DNA of 64,000 nucleotides from an uncultured Eubacteriales bacterium (GTDB lineage Bacteria; Bacillota; Clostridia; Oscillospirales; Acutalibacteraceae): contig CAREUR010000001.1 of NCBI GenBank assembly GCA_948968885.1, positions 9,026 through 73,025 of the forward strand, read 5' to 3'. Numbering within the stretch: position 1 is the first letter of the stretch; each line of letters starts with the position of its first letter. Position numbers and translations under genes: made by a program. Positions 33,774-42,984 of the stretch are shown piece by piece. The notes under the pieces are model-generated. The model ran no database searches. It worked only from the letters and a program-made list of their open reading frames with translations, and was not told the DNA's origin.

Positions 33774-34451
33774 CTATTTTTTGTCGATTATTTTGGGCCT
33801 GTTCTCTACGTTTGCAATTGTCACCCCTATCACAGTTTTGGCGCCGGATTTCAAGATCACATCCGCGCATTCTGCCATTGTGTTGCCCGTTGTCAGGATG
33901 TCGTCGCAAATTACGATGGTTTTGTCCTTTACGGCCGCGCTGTCTATGATCGCGTAAACATCCTTCACGTTCTCAATTCGCTCCTGCTGGCTAAGTTCGT
34001 GCTGAGTTTTATTCCGTTTGACTTTTTTCAGCGTCTCCGCGTAAGGAATGCCAGTCAGCCAGCTTACTTCTCTGGCAAAAATCTCCGCCTGGTTGAACCC
34101 GCGCTCTCGTTTTCTGGCCTTGTGCAGCGGGACGCTCGTTATAAAGTCCACTTTTGCGATGTCAAAGCTCTCGGCCAAAACGTTGGTCACATATTTGCCA
34201 AACGGAACCGCAAAATTTTTGGCTCCGTTGAATTTATAATCGTGTATCGCTCCGCGGATCGGCTCCACATAGGCAAACGGCGCCACACATTCGAATCTAC
34301 GCCCGGTCCGCGTTGTTAACGTACATTTTATCGACTTTCGGTTTATCTTTTTCTCGCAGTCTCGGCACACAACCTCATCTGCAGAGATTATCCCTTTGCA
34401 AAACGGGCACCGTGCGGGGAAAAATACGGACAAAATTTTTCTAAAGTTCAT
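33774..34451 (-). CDS. comFC: ComF family protein (ComFC-like phosphoribosyltransferase)
   Basis: N-terminal zinc-finger pairs (CPFC...CRDC) and PRTase motif VICDDILTTGNT. The ATGA overlaps the recD2 stop. Confidence 0.88.
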   Translation of the reverse strand: MNFRKILSVFFPARCPFCKGIISADEVVCRDCEKKINRKSIKCTLTTRTGRRFECVAPFAYVEPIRGAIHDYKFNGAKNFAVPFGKYVTNVLAESFDIAKVDFITSVPLHKARKRERGFNQAEIFAREVSWLTGIPYAETLKKVKRNKTQHELSQQERIENVKDVYAIIDSAAVKDKTIVICDDILTTGNTMAECADVILKSGAKTVIGVTIANVENRPKIIDKK

Positions 34452-36676
34452 TCCGTCGCCCCCTCACAGCCTTTTACCAAAAAATTCTTCAGCCCCGAAA
34501 ATCGCCTTGTTTTCTTGTTGTTTTCGACCATCTTCCTCACCGTCCAGTCGTTTCCCACCAGTACAATCATCGACCTAGCCCGTGTTACCGCCGTGTACAG
34601 CAAATTCCTGTAATACAACTGCGGCGCGCCGAAGTACATCGGCATCACGACCGCCTCAAACTCGCTGCCCTGGCTCTTGTGCACGGTTATGGCGTAGGCT
34701 AAGTCCAGGTCCTTTGCGCTTTCTAGGTCATATTTAGCATACTTATCGTCAAACTGCACGATTAGCACGCCCTCTGCCTTGTCGATGTTCAAAAGAATCC
34801 CGATATCGCCGTTAAAGACGCCCTCGCCGCCGGTGCCATCCTCGCGTGCAAACATTATATCGTAATTATTTTTTATCTGCATCACCTTGTCGCCCTCGCG
34901 AAAGACCGTCCCGTTTATGTTGATCTCTTTTTTTGCCGTGCTGGCGCCATTTATAGCCTCTTGCATGGCCTTATTTATCTGCACAGTGCCAAGCGGACCC
35001 TTTTTGCCCGGCGCAATCACCTGTATGTCGAACAGCGAGGAGTACCCGTATGTCTCCGGCAGCCGCCTGGTGCACAAATCCCTAATCGTGTCGCTGATTG
35101 TCTGCTGATCATTCACCCTCATGAAGAAGAAATCGTTATCTCTTACCGACAGCTCAGGCATCTCACCGTTTACAATTCTGTGCGCGTTCGTTACAATCAG
35201 GCTTTTCTGCGACTGCCTAAAAATTTCCTTTAGCTCCACGGTGGCGATTACCCCCGATTTTATCAGGTCCGAGAGCACATTTCCCGCTCCCACCGAGGGC
35301 AGCTGGTCGCAGTCCCCAACCATGATGAGCCTGCACCCCAGCGGCAACGCCCTCAGCACGCCTTCAAACAGCGCGGCATCCACCATCGACAGCTCATCCA
35401 AAATCAGCGCGTCGCAATCCAGCAAGTTCTTCTCATTCCGCTTAAACACCTGCTTGTCGTCCGCGTCCCACTGCACCTCTAGCAGCCTGTGGATAGTCTT
35501 GGCCTCCTTGCCTGTCACCGCTGCCATCCTTTGTACCGCTCTGCCGGTGGGCGCCGCCAGACTGACTTTTTCTCCGTTCTTTTCGAGGATATTTATGATC
35601 GCATTAAGAGTCGTGGTTTTGCCCGTGCCCGGACCACCCGTCAAAATCAGTAATCCTTCTTCTAGCGCTTGCTTTATCGCCGTTCTTTGGAGCTTTGCAT
35701 AACTTATTTTGTGCTCCCTTTCGATGGCTTCTATGAATTCGTCCGCTCCCAGGATTTTCTTTGGCGGAAATTTCAACATCATCAGCAGCCGCCCCGCCGA
35801 GTACACCTCGATTTGATGCATTTTGCTTGTAAAGATGAATTCCCTTTCGCCCATGATATCCCGCTGCAACGTGCCCTCTTGCACCAGCTCCTCCAGCACT
35901 CTGTCGGCCTTTTCTAGCTCTATGTTCAAAAAATTCGCCGCCGCTTCGAGCAATTTGTCCTTTGGCAAGCATGTGTGTCCGTTATTCATATTATGCTGCA
36001 GGATGTAAACCGTCCCTGCGCGGATTCGGCAGTCGTCCTCTTGCGGCAGTTGCAGCGCGTACGCCAATTTATCGGCCCTTTCAAAGCTTACCCCCAGCGG
36101 CTCCTCGCACAGCAGATACGGATTCTCGTTGATGCGCTCGGCGGCCTCCTGGCCGTACTGCTTGTATATTTTTATGGCCTCCTCCAGCGTTATGCCGTAC
36201 TTCCCGAGGTATATCATCAGCTCTCTTACGCAAAACAGCTTGTTGAATTCATCCGAGATTTTTTGCGCCTTCTCTTGCGTGATTCCTCGTATTTTGGTCA
36301 GCTCCTGCGGCGTTTTTTCGATTACTTCAAGCGTTTTTTCACCAAATTTCTCCACCAACTTACTCGCGATCCCCGGTCCTACGCCCTTTATCGCGCCAGA
36401 AGACAGATACTTCAAGATTGCTGCGGTTGTGGTCGGCATCGAGCGCTCGCATAATTCCACCACAAACTGCTCTCCAAACGTTGGGTGACTCTTGAAATTG
36501 CCCAGCAGCCTCACGTTTTCTCCCACGCCAACATACGGCAACGTCCCCACGGCGGTCAGCTGCTCGCCCTCCACGCTCAGTTCTATCACGCTATAGCCGT
36601 TCTGCTCGTTCCGGAACACGATCCGCTCCACCGCGCCCCTCACTTCGTACAGCGTTTTCGTCTCGCCCTGCGTCAT
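34448..36676 (-). CDS. recD2: ATP-dependent RecD2-like SF1 DNA helicase
   Basis: Walker A GGPGTGKTT, Walker B LILDELSMVD and a C-terminal SH3/2B region. ATG 36676 lies 6 nt after AAGGAG; the track TTG 36700 has no RBS. Confidence 0.93.
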   Translation of the reverse strand: MTQGETKTLYEVRGAVERIVFRNEQNGYSVIELSVEGEQLTAVGTLPYVGVGENVRLLGNFKSHPTFGEQFVVELCERSMPTTTAAILKYLSSGAIKGVGPGIASKLVEKFGEKTLEVIEKTPQELTKIRGITQEKAQKISDEFNKLFCVRELMIYLGKYGITLEEAIKIYKQYGQEAAERINENPYLLCEEPLGVSFERADKLAYALQLPQEDDCRIRAGTVYILQHNMNNGHTCLPKDKLLEAAANFLNIELEKADRVLEELVQEGTLQRDIMGEREFIFTSKMHQIEVYSAGRLLMMLKFPPKKILGADEFIEAIEREHKISYAKLQRTAIKQALEEGLLILTGGPGTGKTTTLNAIINILEKNGEKVSLAAPTGRAVQRMAAVTGKEAKTIHRLLEVQWDADDKQVFKRNEKNLLDCDALILDELSMVDAALFEGVLRALPLGCRLIMVGDCDQLPSVGAGNVLSDLIKSGVIATVELKEIFRQSQKSLIVTNAHRIVNGEMPELSVRDNDFFFMRVNDQQTISDTIRDLCTRRLPETYGYSSLFDIQVIAPGKKGPLGTVQINKAMQEAINGASTAKKEININGTVFREGDKVMQIKNNYDIMFAREDGTGGEGVFNGDIGILLNIDKAEGVLIVQFDDKYAKYDLESAKDLDLAYAITVHKSQGSEFEAVVMPMYFGAPQLYYRNLLYTAVTRARSMIVLVGNDWTVRKMVENNKKTRRFSGLKNFLVKGCEGATE

Positions 36677-36706
36677 CTTTAACTCCTTTTTTACCTGCAA
36701 TCGGCT

Positions 36707-37366
36707 TCACGCCGCGCCGTTATTGAACTTGACAAACTTATTTATAAGCTTACAAAACATCTGGATGGTTGGCCCACCCAGCAGTGCGGGGAATCCCGTT
36801 GCTGCGCCAACCTCGCCGCCCAGCAAAAAGCCTATCACCAGCGCGGCTATGTCCAGCGCCGCCCGTATGAACCTATACTCCTTGCCGGTTCTGTCCCGCA
36901 GCAGCATCGCAAAGCCCGTCCATGTGTCCTGCCCGATGTCCACTGTGATGAAGAGCGCCGTCCCAAAAAACAAGGACGCGCACGCCGCCAAAACCGCGAC
37001 GCTTCTAAAGAGTAGTCCGCCCGCCGCGGCATTTAGCGCAGAATACGTGGCGACTCCTAGGTTAACGAAAAATCCCAGCGGCAGAACGTTGATGAGCGTG
37101 CCGATGTTTATGTACTTTCTGCCAAAAATCAGGACGACAACGAGCAGCGTATAGGCCGTGGCATTGACCGCCGCGCCCATGCTGATGCCGAAAAATTTAT
37201 GCAGACCGTCCGAAAGCACCGAAATTGGGTCGTTTCCCAGCCCGGCGCAAGAGTTCAGCCCAATGCCCATACCGATTAGCACGTCTCCAAAAAAGGCTAG
37301 TATCATTTTTTTGATCAAAACTGGCTTCGGCTGCCTAAATACCGAGAAATCGAACCTCGACGTCAT
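36707..37366 (-). CDS. YczE/YyaS/YitT-family membrane protein
   Basis: 219 aa with about 5-6 TM segments. The N-terminal motif GDVLIGMGIGLNSCAGLGNDPISVLSDGL is typical of this family. Confidence 0.75.
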   Translation of the reverse strand: MTSRFDFSVFRQPKPVLIKKMILAFFGDVLIGMGIGLNSCAGLGNDPISVLSDGLHKFFGISMGAAVNATAYTLLVVVLIFGRKYINIGTLINVLPLGFFVNLGVATYSALNAAAGGLLFRSVAVLAACASLFFGTALFITVDIGQDTWTGFAMLLRDRTGKEYRFIRAALDIAALVIGFLLGGEVGAATGFPALLGGPTIQMFCKLINKFVKFNNGAA

Positions 37367-37545
37367 GCTCGCGCCCCCATTTCGCGTTGTTTTTCAACGC
37401 ACTAATACTAATTATAATACATTAATCGCCGCTCGTAAAGGCACTTTCGCCCGCGACGCTACAAAAAAACTTGCACACGCTCCCCTCAAAGTTTGGCTAA
37501 AAACCGGGGCGCATCGCAAGTTGTCTCACTTTAAATCCACCAAAA

Positions 37546-38157
37546 TCAAGCTTTTTTCTTTTTTATCACTTTGAGCCTCGAGAACTCCTCGCGGTCCTTC
37601 TCCTCCAGAGCGTCGGTTATAAACTTAATAGACCTCTCAAACCGCGGTATAACTATGTTTTTGAGCGCATTTGCTCTTTTTTGCGTCTTCCCAATGGCGT
37701 CCGCTAACCGATACACGCTATTTTCGATTTCGGACAAATCCGCGCTCAGCTTTTTCACATTCAAGAAGCTTCGATACGCCTCGTCCAGCATGGAATTCGA
37801 ATTGTAAAGGCCAAACGGCAGCTTGCGGCTCTGATCCTCGCTAAACGAAACGATGGGGATCTCGACCCCCATGACACTCCGGTACGAAATCTTGAGGCTA
37901 TCATCAATCGGCACCGTGCCGGCGATCTCCTCAATCATGCCCAGCGTAATGTTGGCTTTCTGCAGCGCTGCATACGCTTTTGCGTACGTTGTGTCGATTC
38001 GCTTCTGAATCTTCGACGCATGCTTGATAAGCAGCATCATTTCGCGGATTAAGATGTTTCTTTTTTTGTCCATCAGCTCAAATCCGCCCTTTGCCAGCTC
38101 ATAAGACTTCTTCATCGCGATCAGGTTGCCCTTTGTTGGCACTACCGACATGTTCAC
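37546..38157 (-). CDS. ntpD: V-type ATPase subunit D
   Basis: N-terminus VVPTKGNLIAMKKSYELAKGGFELMDKKRNILIRE and a long coiled-coil. It is the last gene of the operon. Confidence 0.93.
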   Translation of the reverse strand: MNMSVVPTKGNLIAMKKSYELAKGGFELMDKKRNILIREMMLLIKHASKIQKRIDTTYAKAYAALQKANITLGMIEEIAGTVPIDDSLKISYRSVMGVEIPIVSFSEDQSRKLPFGLYNSNSMLDEAYRSFLNVKKLSADLSEIENSVYRLADAIGKTQKRANALKNIVIPRFERSIKFITDALEEKDREEFSRLKVIKKKKA

Positions 38158-38232
38158 TCGAATTCACCCCCGTTTTGGTTGCGTCAAACGCCCAAATTTC
38201 GCTATTCTGCCTCGCTATTTTCTTTTTCAGAA

Positions 38233-39678
38233 TTATCCCTGAGTACTCTCGGTCGCCTCTTTCTGTGTCTCTGCAGCGCCCGTTTTCTCCTTCTGCTCGG
38301 CCTTCTCCTCGTGGTAATATTTCTCCAAAATCGCGTCATCCACGCGGTCTAGCTCCTTTTTGGACAGCATAGAAAGCAGCTTCCAGCCCAAATCCAGGCT
38401 CTTTTTGATGCTCCTATCCTCGTTTGCCACCTGATTGATAAACTTCGCCTCGAACTCCTTGCCAAACGCCAGAATCTTCTTGTCGTCGGGCGAGAGCTCC
38501 TCCTCACCAATGACCGAAGCCAGTGAGCGCGCGTCTTTAACCTTTGCATAAGACGCAAAAAGCTGATTTGCAAGCGCAGAATGATCCTCCCGAGTGTAGC
38601 CATCCCCGATTCCATCCTTCATCAGGCGCGAAAGCGATGGCAAAACCGCAACCGGTGGGTAAATTCCCTCACCCTCCAGCGCGCGCTCTAGTACTATCTG
38701 TCCTTCGGTGATATACCCCGTCAAATCTGGCACCGGGTGCGTTATATCGTCGTTAGGCATCGTCAAAATGGGAATCTGCGTAACCGAACCGCTCTTGCCC
38801 TTTATCATGCCGGCTCTTTCATAGAGTGAAGCCAAATCCGAGTACAAATAGCCCGGGTATCCCTTTCTGCCGGGGATTTCCCCCTTAGATGAGCTGAATT
38901 CCCGCAATGCTTCGGCGTAAGACGTCATGTCCGTCATTATCACCAGTATATGCATGTTCTGCTCAAACGCCAAGTACTCCGCCGCCGTCAGGGCACACCT
39001 CGGCGTCAGCGTTCTTTCGATAACCGGGTCATTGGACAAATTCAAAAACATCACGACGCGCTGCAGTACGCCGGATTCCTCAAAGCTCCGCCGAAAATAC
39101 TCCGCAACATCGTTCTTTACGCCCATCGCTGCAAAAACTATTGCGAAATTCTCGTTCTCATCCGATGCAATCTTGGCCTGCCGCGCAATTTGGACGGCCA
39201 GCTCGTTATGCTTCATGCCGGAGCCCGAAAATATCGGCAACTTCTGCCCGCGGATCAGCGTTGCCAGCGTGTCAATTGTTGAGATGCCCGTGTTTATATA
39301 GTTTTGGGGGTACAGCCGCGATACCGGATTTATTGGTGTTCCGTTGATATTCATTTTCTTTTCTGGAAAAATATCGCCCAGCCCGTCAATGGGTCTGCCG
39401 GCTCCATCAAAGACCCTGCCCAGAATCTCCGGAGACAGCGCCAGTTCCATAGGGTGGCCCTTTAGCCGAGTCTTCGTATTTCCCAGCGAGATGCTTTTTG
39501 TGCCCTCAAAAACCTGCACAACGATGCGCTCGCCATCTATCTGCACGACCCTGCCCTGCCGCATCGAGCCATCTTCCAGCCGGATCTCCACAATTTCTTC
39601 AAAAGAAACCTCCGAAACACCGTCAATGACGATCAGCGAGCCGCTTATCTCCTTCACGCCAATATAATCGATTATCAC
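38233..39678 (-). CDS. ntpB: V-type ATPase subunit B
   Basis: 481 aa of typical non-catalytic B sequence ([38 protein letters not shown]) with a Lys/Glu-rich C-terminal tail of about 30 aa. Confidence 0.96.
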   Translation of the reverse strand: MIIDYIGVKEISGSLIVIDGVSEVSFEEIVEIRLEDGSMRQGRVVQIDGERIVVQVFEGTKSISLGNTKTRLKGHPMELALSPEILGRVFDGAGRPIDGLGDIFPEKKMNINGTPINPVSRLYPQNYINTGISTIDTLATLIRGQKLPIFSGSGMKHNELAVQIARQAKIASDENENFAIVFAAMGVKNDVAEYFRRSFEESGVLQRVVMFLNLSNDPVIERTLTPRCALTAAEYLAFEQNMHILVIMTDMTSYAEALREFSSSKGEIPGRKGYPGYLYSDLASLYERAGMIKGKSGSVTQIPILTMPNDDITHPVPDLTGYITEGQIVLERALEGEGIYPPVAVLPSLSRLMKDGIGDGYTREDHSALANQLFASYAKVKDARSLASVIGEEELSPDDKKILAFGKEFEAKFINQVANEDRSIKKSLDLGWKLLSMLSKKELDRVDDAILEKYYHEEKAEQKEKTGAAETQKEATESTQG

Positions 39679-39730
39679 GTTATCACGCCCCCATTTCGTT
39701 TTACTCGTTGCCCGTCAGCCCTCGCCACAC

Positions 39731-41491
39731 CTAGGATTTCAGTATCCCATCAAACACCTTGTCAATCTCCGCGATATAATCGTCGAACAGCGCCAGATTG
39801 TCGTTTGGCACGTCGTACTTCATCTTCGTCAGCTTGTCGAATAGCCCCATCTCTGATATCCGCGAGATCGGGATCGACGCCAAAATCAGCTGCCGCGCCT
39901 TGTCCTCCAGGTGCAAGATGACCTTCATCATCAGCTTTTGCTTGCGCAGCGGCACGAAGGTGTCGTCCTTATGAAACGCGTTCTGCTGCAAAAAGCCAAC
40001 CCGGATGACCCTTGCAATCTCGATAACCAATTTCTGGTCATCTGGCAAAACGTCCGACCCAATCAGCTTTACGATCTCCATCAGCTTGTTTTCCTCGTGA
40101 AGAATCGCGCTTATTTTTGCTCGATATTTTATGAACTTTTGCCCGACATTCTCGGCAAACCAAGGGTCCAAGTCTATGAAATACTCGCTATAGCTCTGCA
40201 TCCAGTTGATCGCGGGGTAATGCCGCGCGTAGGCTAGGGATTTGTCGAGAGCCCAGAAAGCACGCACAAACCGCTTGGTGTTCTGCGTAACCGGCTCCGA
40301 GAAGTCCGCCCCCTGTGGCGAAACCGCTCCAATTATCGTCACAGAGCCATCCGAGCCATTCAAATTCTTAGTGAGCCCAGCCCGCTCGTAAAATTCCGAC
40401 AACCGCGATGGCAAATACGCTGGGAATCCCTCTTCTGCCGGCATTTCTTCCAGTCGGCCAGAAATCTCGCGCAGGGCCTCCGCCCACCGAGAAGTCGAGT
40501 CCGCCATGATTGCCACGTGATATCCCATGTCGCGATAGTACTCCGCCAGCGTTATTCCGGTATAAATCGAAGCCTCCCGCGCCGCAACCGGCATGTTAGA
40601 GGTGTTTGCAATAAGTACAGTCCGCTCCGTCATAGGTTTGCCGGACTTTGGATCCACCAACTCCGAGAACTCACTCAGCACCTGGCTCATTTCGTTGCCT
40701 CGCTCGCCGCAGCCTACATACACTATGATATCAGCGTCACACCACTTTGCCAGCTGATGCTGCGTCATGGTTTTGCCCGCTCCAAAGCCTCCGGGCACCG
40801 CCGCTGCGCCACCTTTAGCAATCGGAAACAGCGTATCGATGACTCTCTGCCCCGTGATTAGCGGAATCGTCATGGGCAATCTCTCTGCAACCGGGCGCGG
40901 AGTCCGTATTGGCCATTTTTGACACAGCGTCAATCCGATGTCCTCGCCATTTTCGGTTTTTATCGTTACAACTACGTCGTTAACGCGGTACTTTCCGTCC
41001 TTTTGCACCGACGTGACCTCGCCCGAAACTCCCGGCGGCAACATGCATCTGTGCGTGATTATGCTTGTCTCTGGGCACTCTGCGTAAACGTCTCCGGCGT
41101 TGAGCTTTTCGCCTACCTTCGCAATGACCGTTACATCCCACTTTTTGTTTTCGTCAAGCGACGAGACCTCCGCCCCTCTCGCGATGAACGCCCCAGCCTG
41201 CAGCTCAATTGCTCGCAATGGCCGTTGGATTCCGTCAAAAATATTATTGATTATTCCCGGCCCCAATGTCACCGTCATTGGCTGTCCGGTGCCCTCCACG
41301 GGCTCTCCAGGCCGAAGTCCGGTTGTCTCCTCGTAAACCTGAATGGTCGTGAGCGCCTCTGTGATGCCGATGACCTCTCCAATGAGCTTATCCTCGCCCA
41401 CGAAGACCATTTCCATCATAGAAAAAGCATCCGTATCCCGCACCGTTACGACCGGCCCGTTTATTCCGAAAATAACATTTTGATTTATCAT
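39731..41491 (-). CDS. ntpA: V-type ATPase catalytic subunit A
   Basis: P-loop GGFGAGKT. GERGNEM and PAYLPSRLSEFYERAG are also present. 586 aa. Confidence 0.97.
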   Translation of the reverse strand: MINQNVIFGINGPVVTVRDTDAFSMMEMVFVGEDKLIGEVIGITEALTTIQVYEETTGLRPGEPVEGTGQPMTVTLGPGIINNIFDGIQRPLRAIELQAGAFIARGAEVSSLDENKKWDVTVIAKVGEKLNAGDVYAECPETSIITHRCMLPPGVSGEVTSVQKDGKYRVNDVVVTIKTENGEDIGLTLCQKWPIRTPRPVAERLPMTIPLITGQRVIDTLFPIAKGGAAAVPGGFGAGKTMTQHQLAKWCDADIIVYVGCGERGNEMSQVLSEFSELVDPKSGKPMTERTVLIANTSNMPVAAREASIYTGITLAEYYRDMGYHVAIMADSTSRWAEALREISGRLEEMPAEEGFPAYLPSRLSEFYERAGLTKNLNGSDGSVTIIGAVSPQGADFSEPVTQNTKRFVRAFWALDKSLAYARHYPAINWMQSYSEYFIDLDPWFAENVGQKFIKYRAKISAILHEENKLMEIVKLIGSDVLPDDQKLVIEIARVIRVGFLQQNAFHKDDTFVPLRKQKLMMKVILHLEDKARQLILASIPISRISEMGLFDKLTKMKYDVPNDNLALFDDYIAEIDKVFDGILKS

Positions 41492-41518
41492 AAAAACACA
41501 TCTCCACCACGCTCAGCG

Positions 41519-42112
41519 CTAAAATATGTTCAGCTTCGAGTTCTCTGCAAACCACTTTTTCTGGTCTTCCAGCTTCGCGTCAATCGTCTCGTCCACAACC
41601 AACGACATGGCCTTGTTAACCGCCAGTATGCCGCCAATCTTTATCTTATCGCTCACTTCCACCTTGCAAATTTTGCCGTAAGCCTCCCGAATATCATCGG
41701 CATATCCTTCATCACGACGGCTGATATACAAGGTCGTTCCGGATTTTTTCAGCACCTTAGAAATAGAAACCGCGTACCTCTTCAAAACATCGACATAATC
41801 GGGCGAACTCACAAACTCCAAAAGCCGTTCTCTCGCCTTTTTAAATACATCCTCCACGATGGCTTGCCGCTTGGCAAAGAGCTTCTTGCGCTCCTCAAAC
41901 TCCAGCTTAGAGACTTCGCTCGCGACATTCCTCTTCATCTGCGCCATCTCGTTCTGAATCAAAAAGTATGCATCCCGCAAAACCTCTGCCTCTGCCTTCT
42001 GCAGTTCATATTTTCGGAATTCTTCGGCGCTCGTCTTTATCTTTTTGCGCTGCTCGGCCGCGTACTTGTTTATCGCCTTCAAAAAGTTGCTGGTTTTACT
42101 TATGTCTCGCAC
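41519..42112 (-). CDS. ntpE: V-type ATPase subunit E
   Basis: 197 aa with a long N-terminal helix (AAEQRKKIKTSAEEFRKYELQKAEAEV) and a globular C-terminus. The GTG start follows GGAGGGGTGA. Confidence 0.85.
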   Translation of the reverse strand: MRDISKTSNFLKAINKYAAEQRKKIKTSAEEFRKYELQKAEAEVLRDAYFLIQNEMAQMKRNVASEVSKLEFEERKKLFAKRQAIVEDVFKKARERLLEFVSSPDYVDVLKRYAVSISKVLKKSGTTLYISRRDEGYADDIREAYGKICKVEVSDKIKIGGILAVNKAMSLVVDETIDAKLEDQKKWFAENSKLNIF

Positions 42113-42149
42113 TCTTCGTCACCCCTCCGGGCAGGGAATCTCCCCAAAA

Positions 42150-42458
42150 TCAGATTTTAATTCCTATTGCGTCCCGCACATATTTCGTTATAGAATCCTT
42201 AGCTCGGCCGTTGCCATGCCGATCCGGGATCTCCACAATCAGCGGCCGCGAATGGTTCAGCTTTATGTCATAAATGAACTCCCTGCAAATCTTCACCAAG
42301 TTCTCCGTAATCAGCACCACCGCGATGTCCTCATCCTTTAGCGCCTCGTTTATCGCGGTTTTTATCTCGTCCTCTTTGTGCACCACGACCCCCGGGATCC
42401 CGACCAGGCGCATTCCAACAAAGGTATCCTTATTGTCGCTGATAAGATGAAACTTCAC
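42150..42458 (-). CDS. V-type ATPase subunit F
   Basis: MKFHLISDNKDTFVGMRLVGI fits the F-subunit N-terminal pattern. GTG 42458 lies 8 nt after GGGGAGAG; the track start 42479 lacks an RBS. Confidence 0.85.
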   Translation of the reverse strand: MKFHLISDNKDTFVGMRLVGIPGVVVHKEDEIKTAINEALKDEDIAVVLITENLVKICREFIYDIKLNHSRPLIVEIPDRHGNGRAKDSITKYVRDAIGIKI

Positions 42459-42501
42459 AACAAGCACTCTCCCCATCACAAGCCAAATCTAGGCCTTCAG
42501 T

Positions 42502-42951
42502 TTAAACGAACTTAATGAATATCGCGATGAGCAAGCCAAATATGGAAACACCTTCAGCCAAGCCCACAAACACAATGGCCTTTCCAAATGCTTTTGGGTC
42601 TTCCGAAACCGCGCCAATAGCCGCAGGAGCCGCCGCCGCAACCGCGATTCCGCTGCCGATACATGCAAGGCCCATTACCAACGCCATTGCCATCGAGTCC
42701 CACTCCTTGTCCGTCTTGCCCTGCTCCACCTGAGTCGCCACCGTGCTTGCTTCCACAACACCGTCAGCCGCGCCATCGTCCGCCATAACAACTGTCGCGC
42801 ACAATGATAGCATAAACAGCATCACAAACGAGCATATCTGCACAACCACCGCCTTGGCCGGCTTCATGCCTCTTTTCACGGCGTACGTACACATTCCCAA
42901 CGAAACCACCAGCAAGCCCACAAACGTTACAAAAATCGACACTGCACTCAT
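42502..42951 (-). CDS. ntpK: V-type ATPase proteolipid subunit K (single c-type hairpin plus N-terminal hydrophobic extension)
   Basis: The C-terminal 70 aa, GLACIGSGIAVAAAAPAAIGAV...FVGLAEGVSIFGLLIAIFI, form a proteolipid hairpin with the carboxylate Glu. RBS is GGAGGAAATTGTA. Confidence 0.88.
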   Translation of the reverse strand: MSAVSIFVTFVGLLVVSLGMCTYAVKRGMKPAKAVVVQICSFVMLFMLSLCATVVMADDGAADGVVEASTVATQVEQGKTDKEWDSMAMALVMGLACIGSGIAVAAAAPAAIGAVSEDPKAFGKAIVFVGLAEGVSIFGLLIAIFIKFV

Positions 42952-42984
42952 TACAATTTCCTCCGCAATCCTAAATATTTTTAT

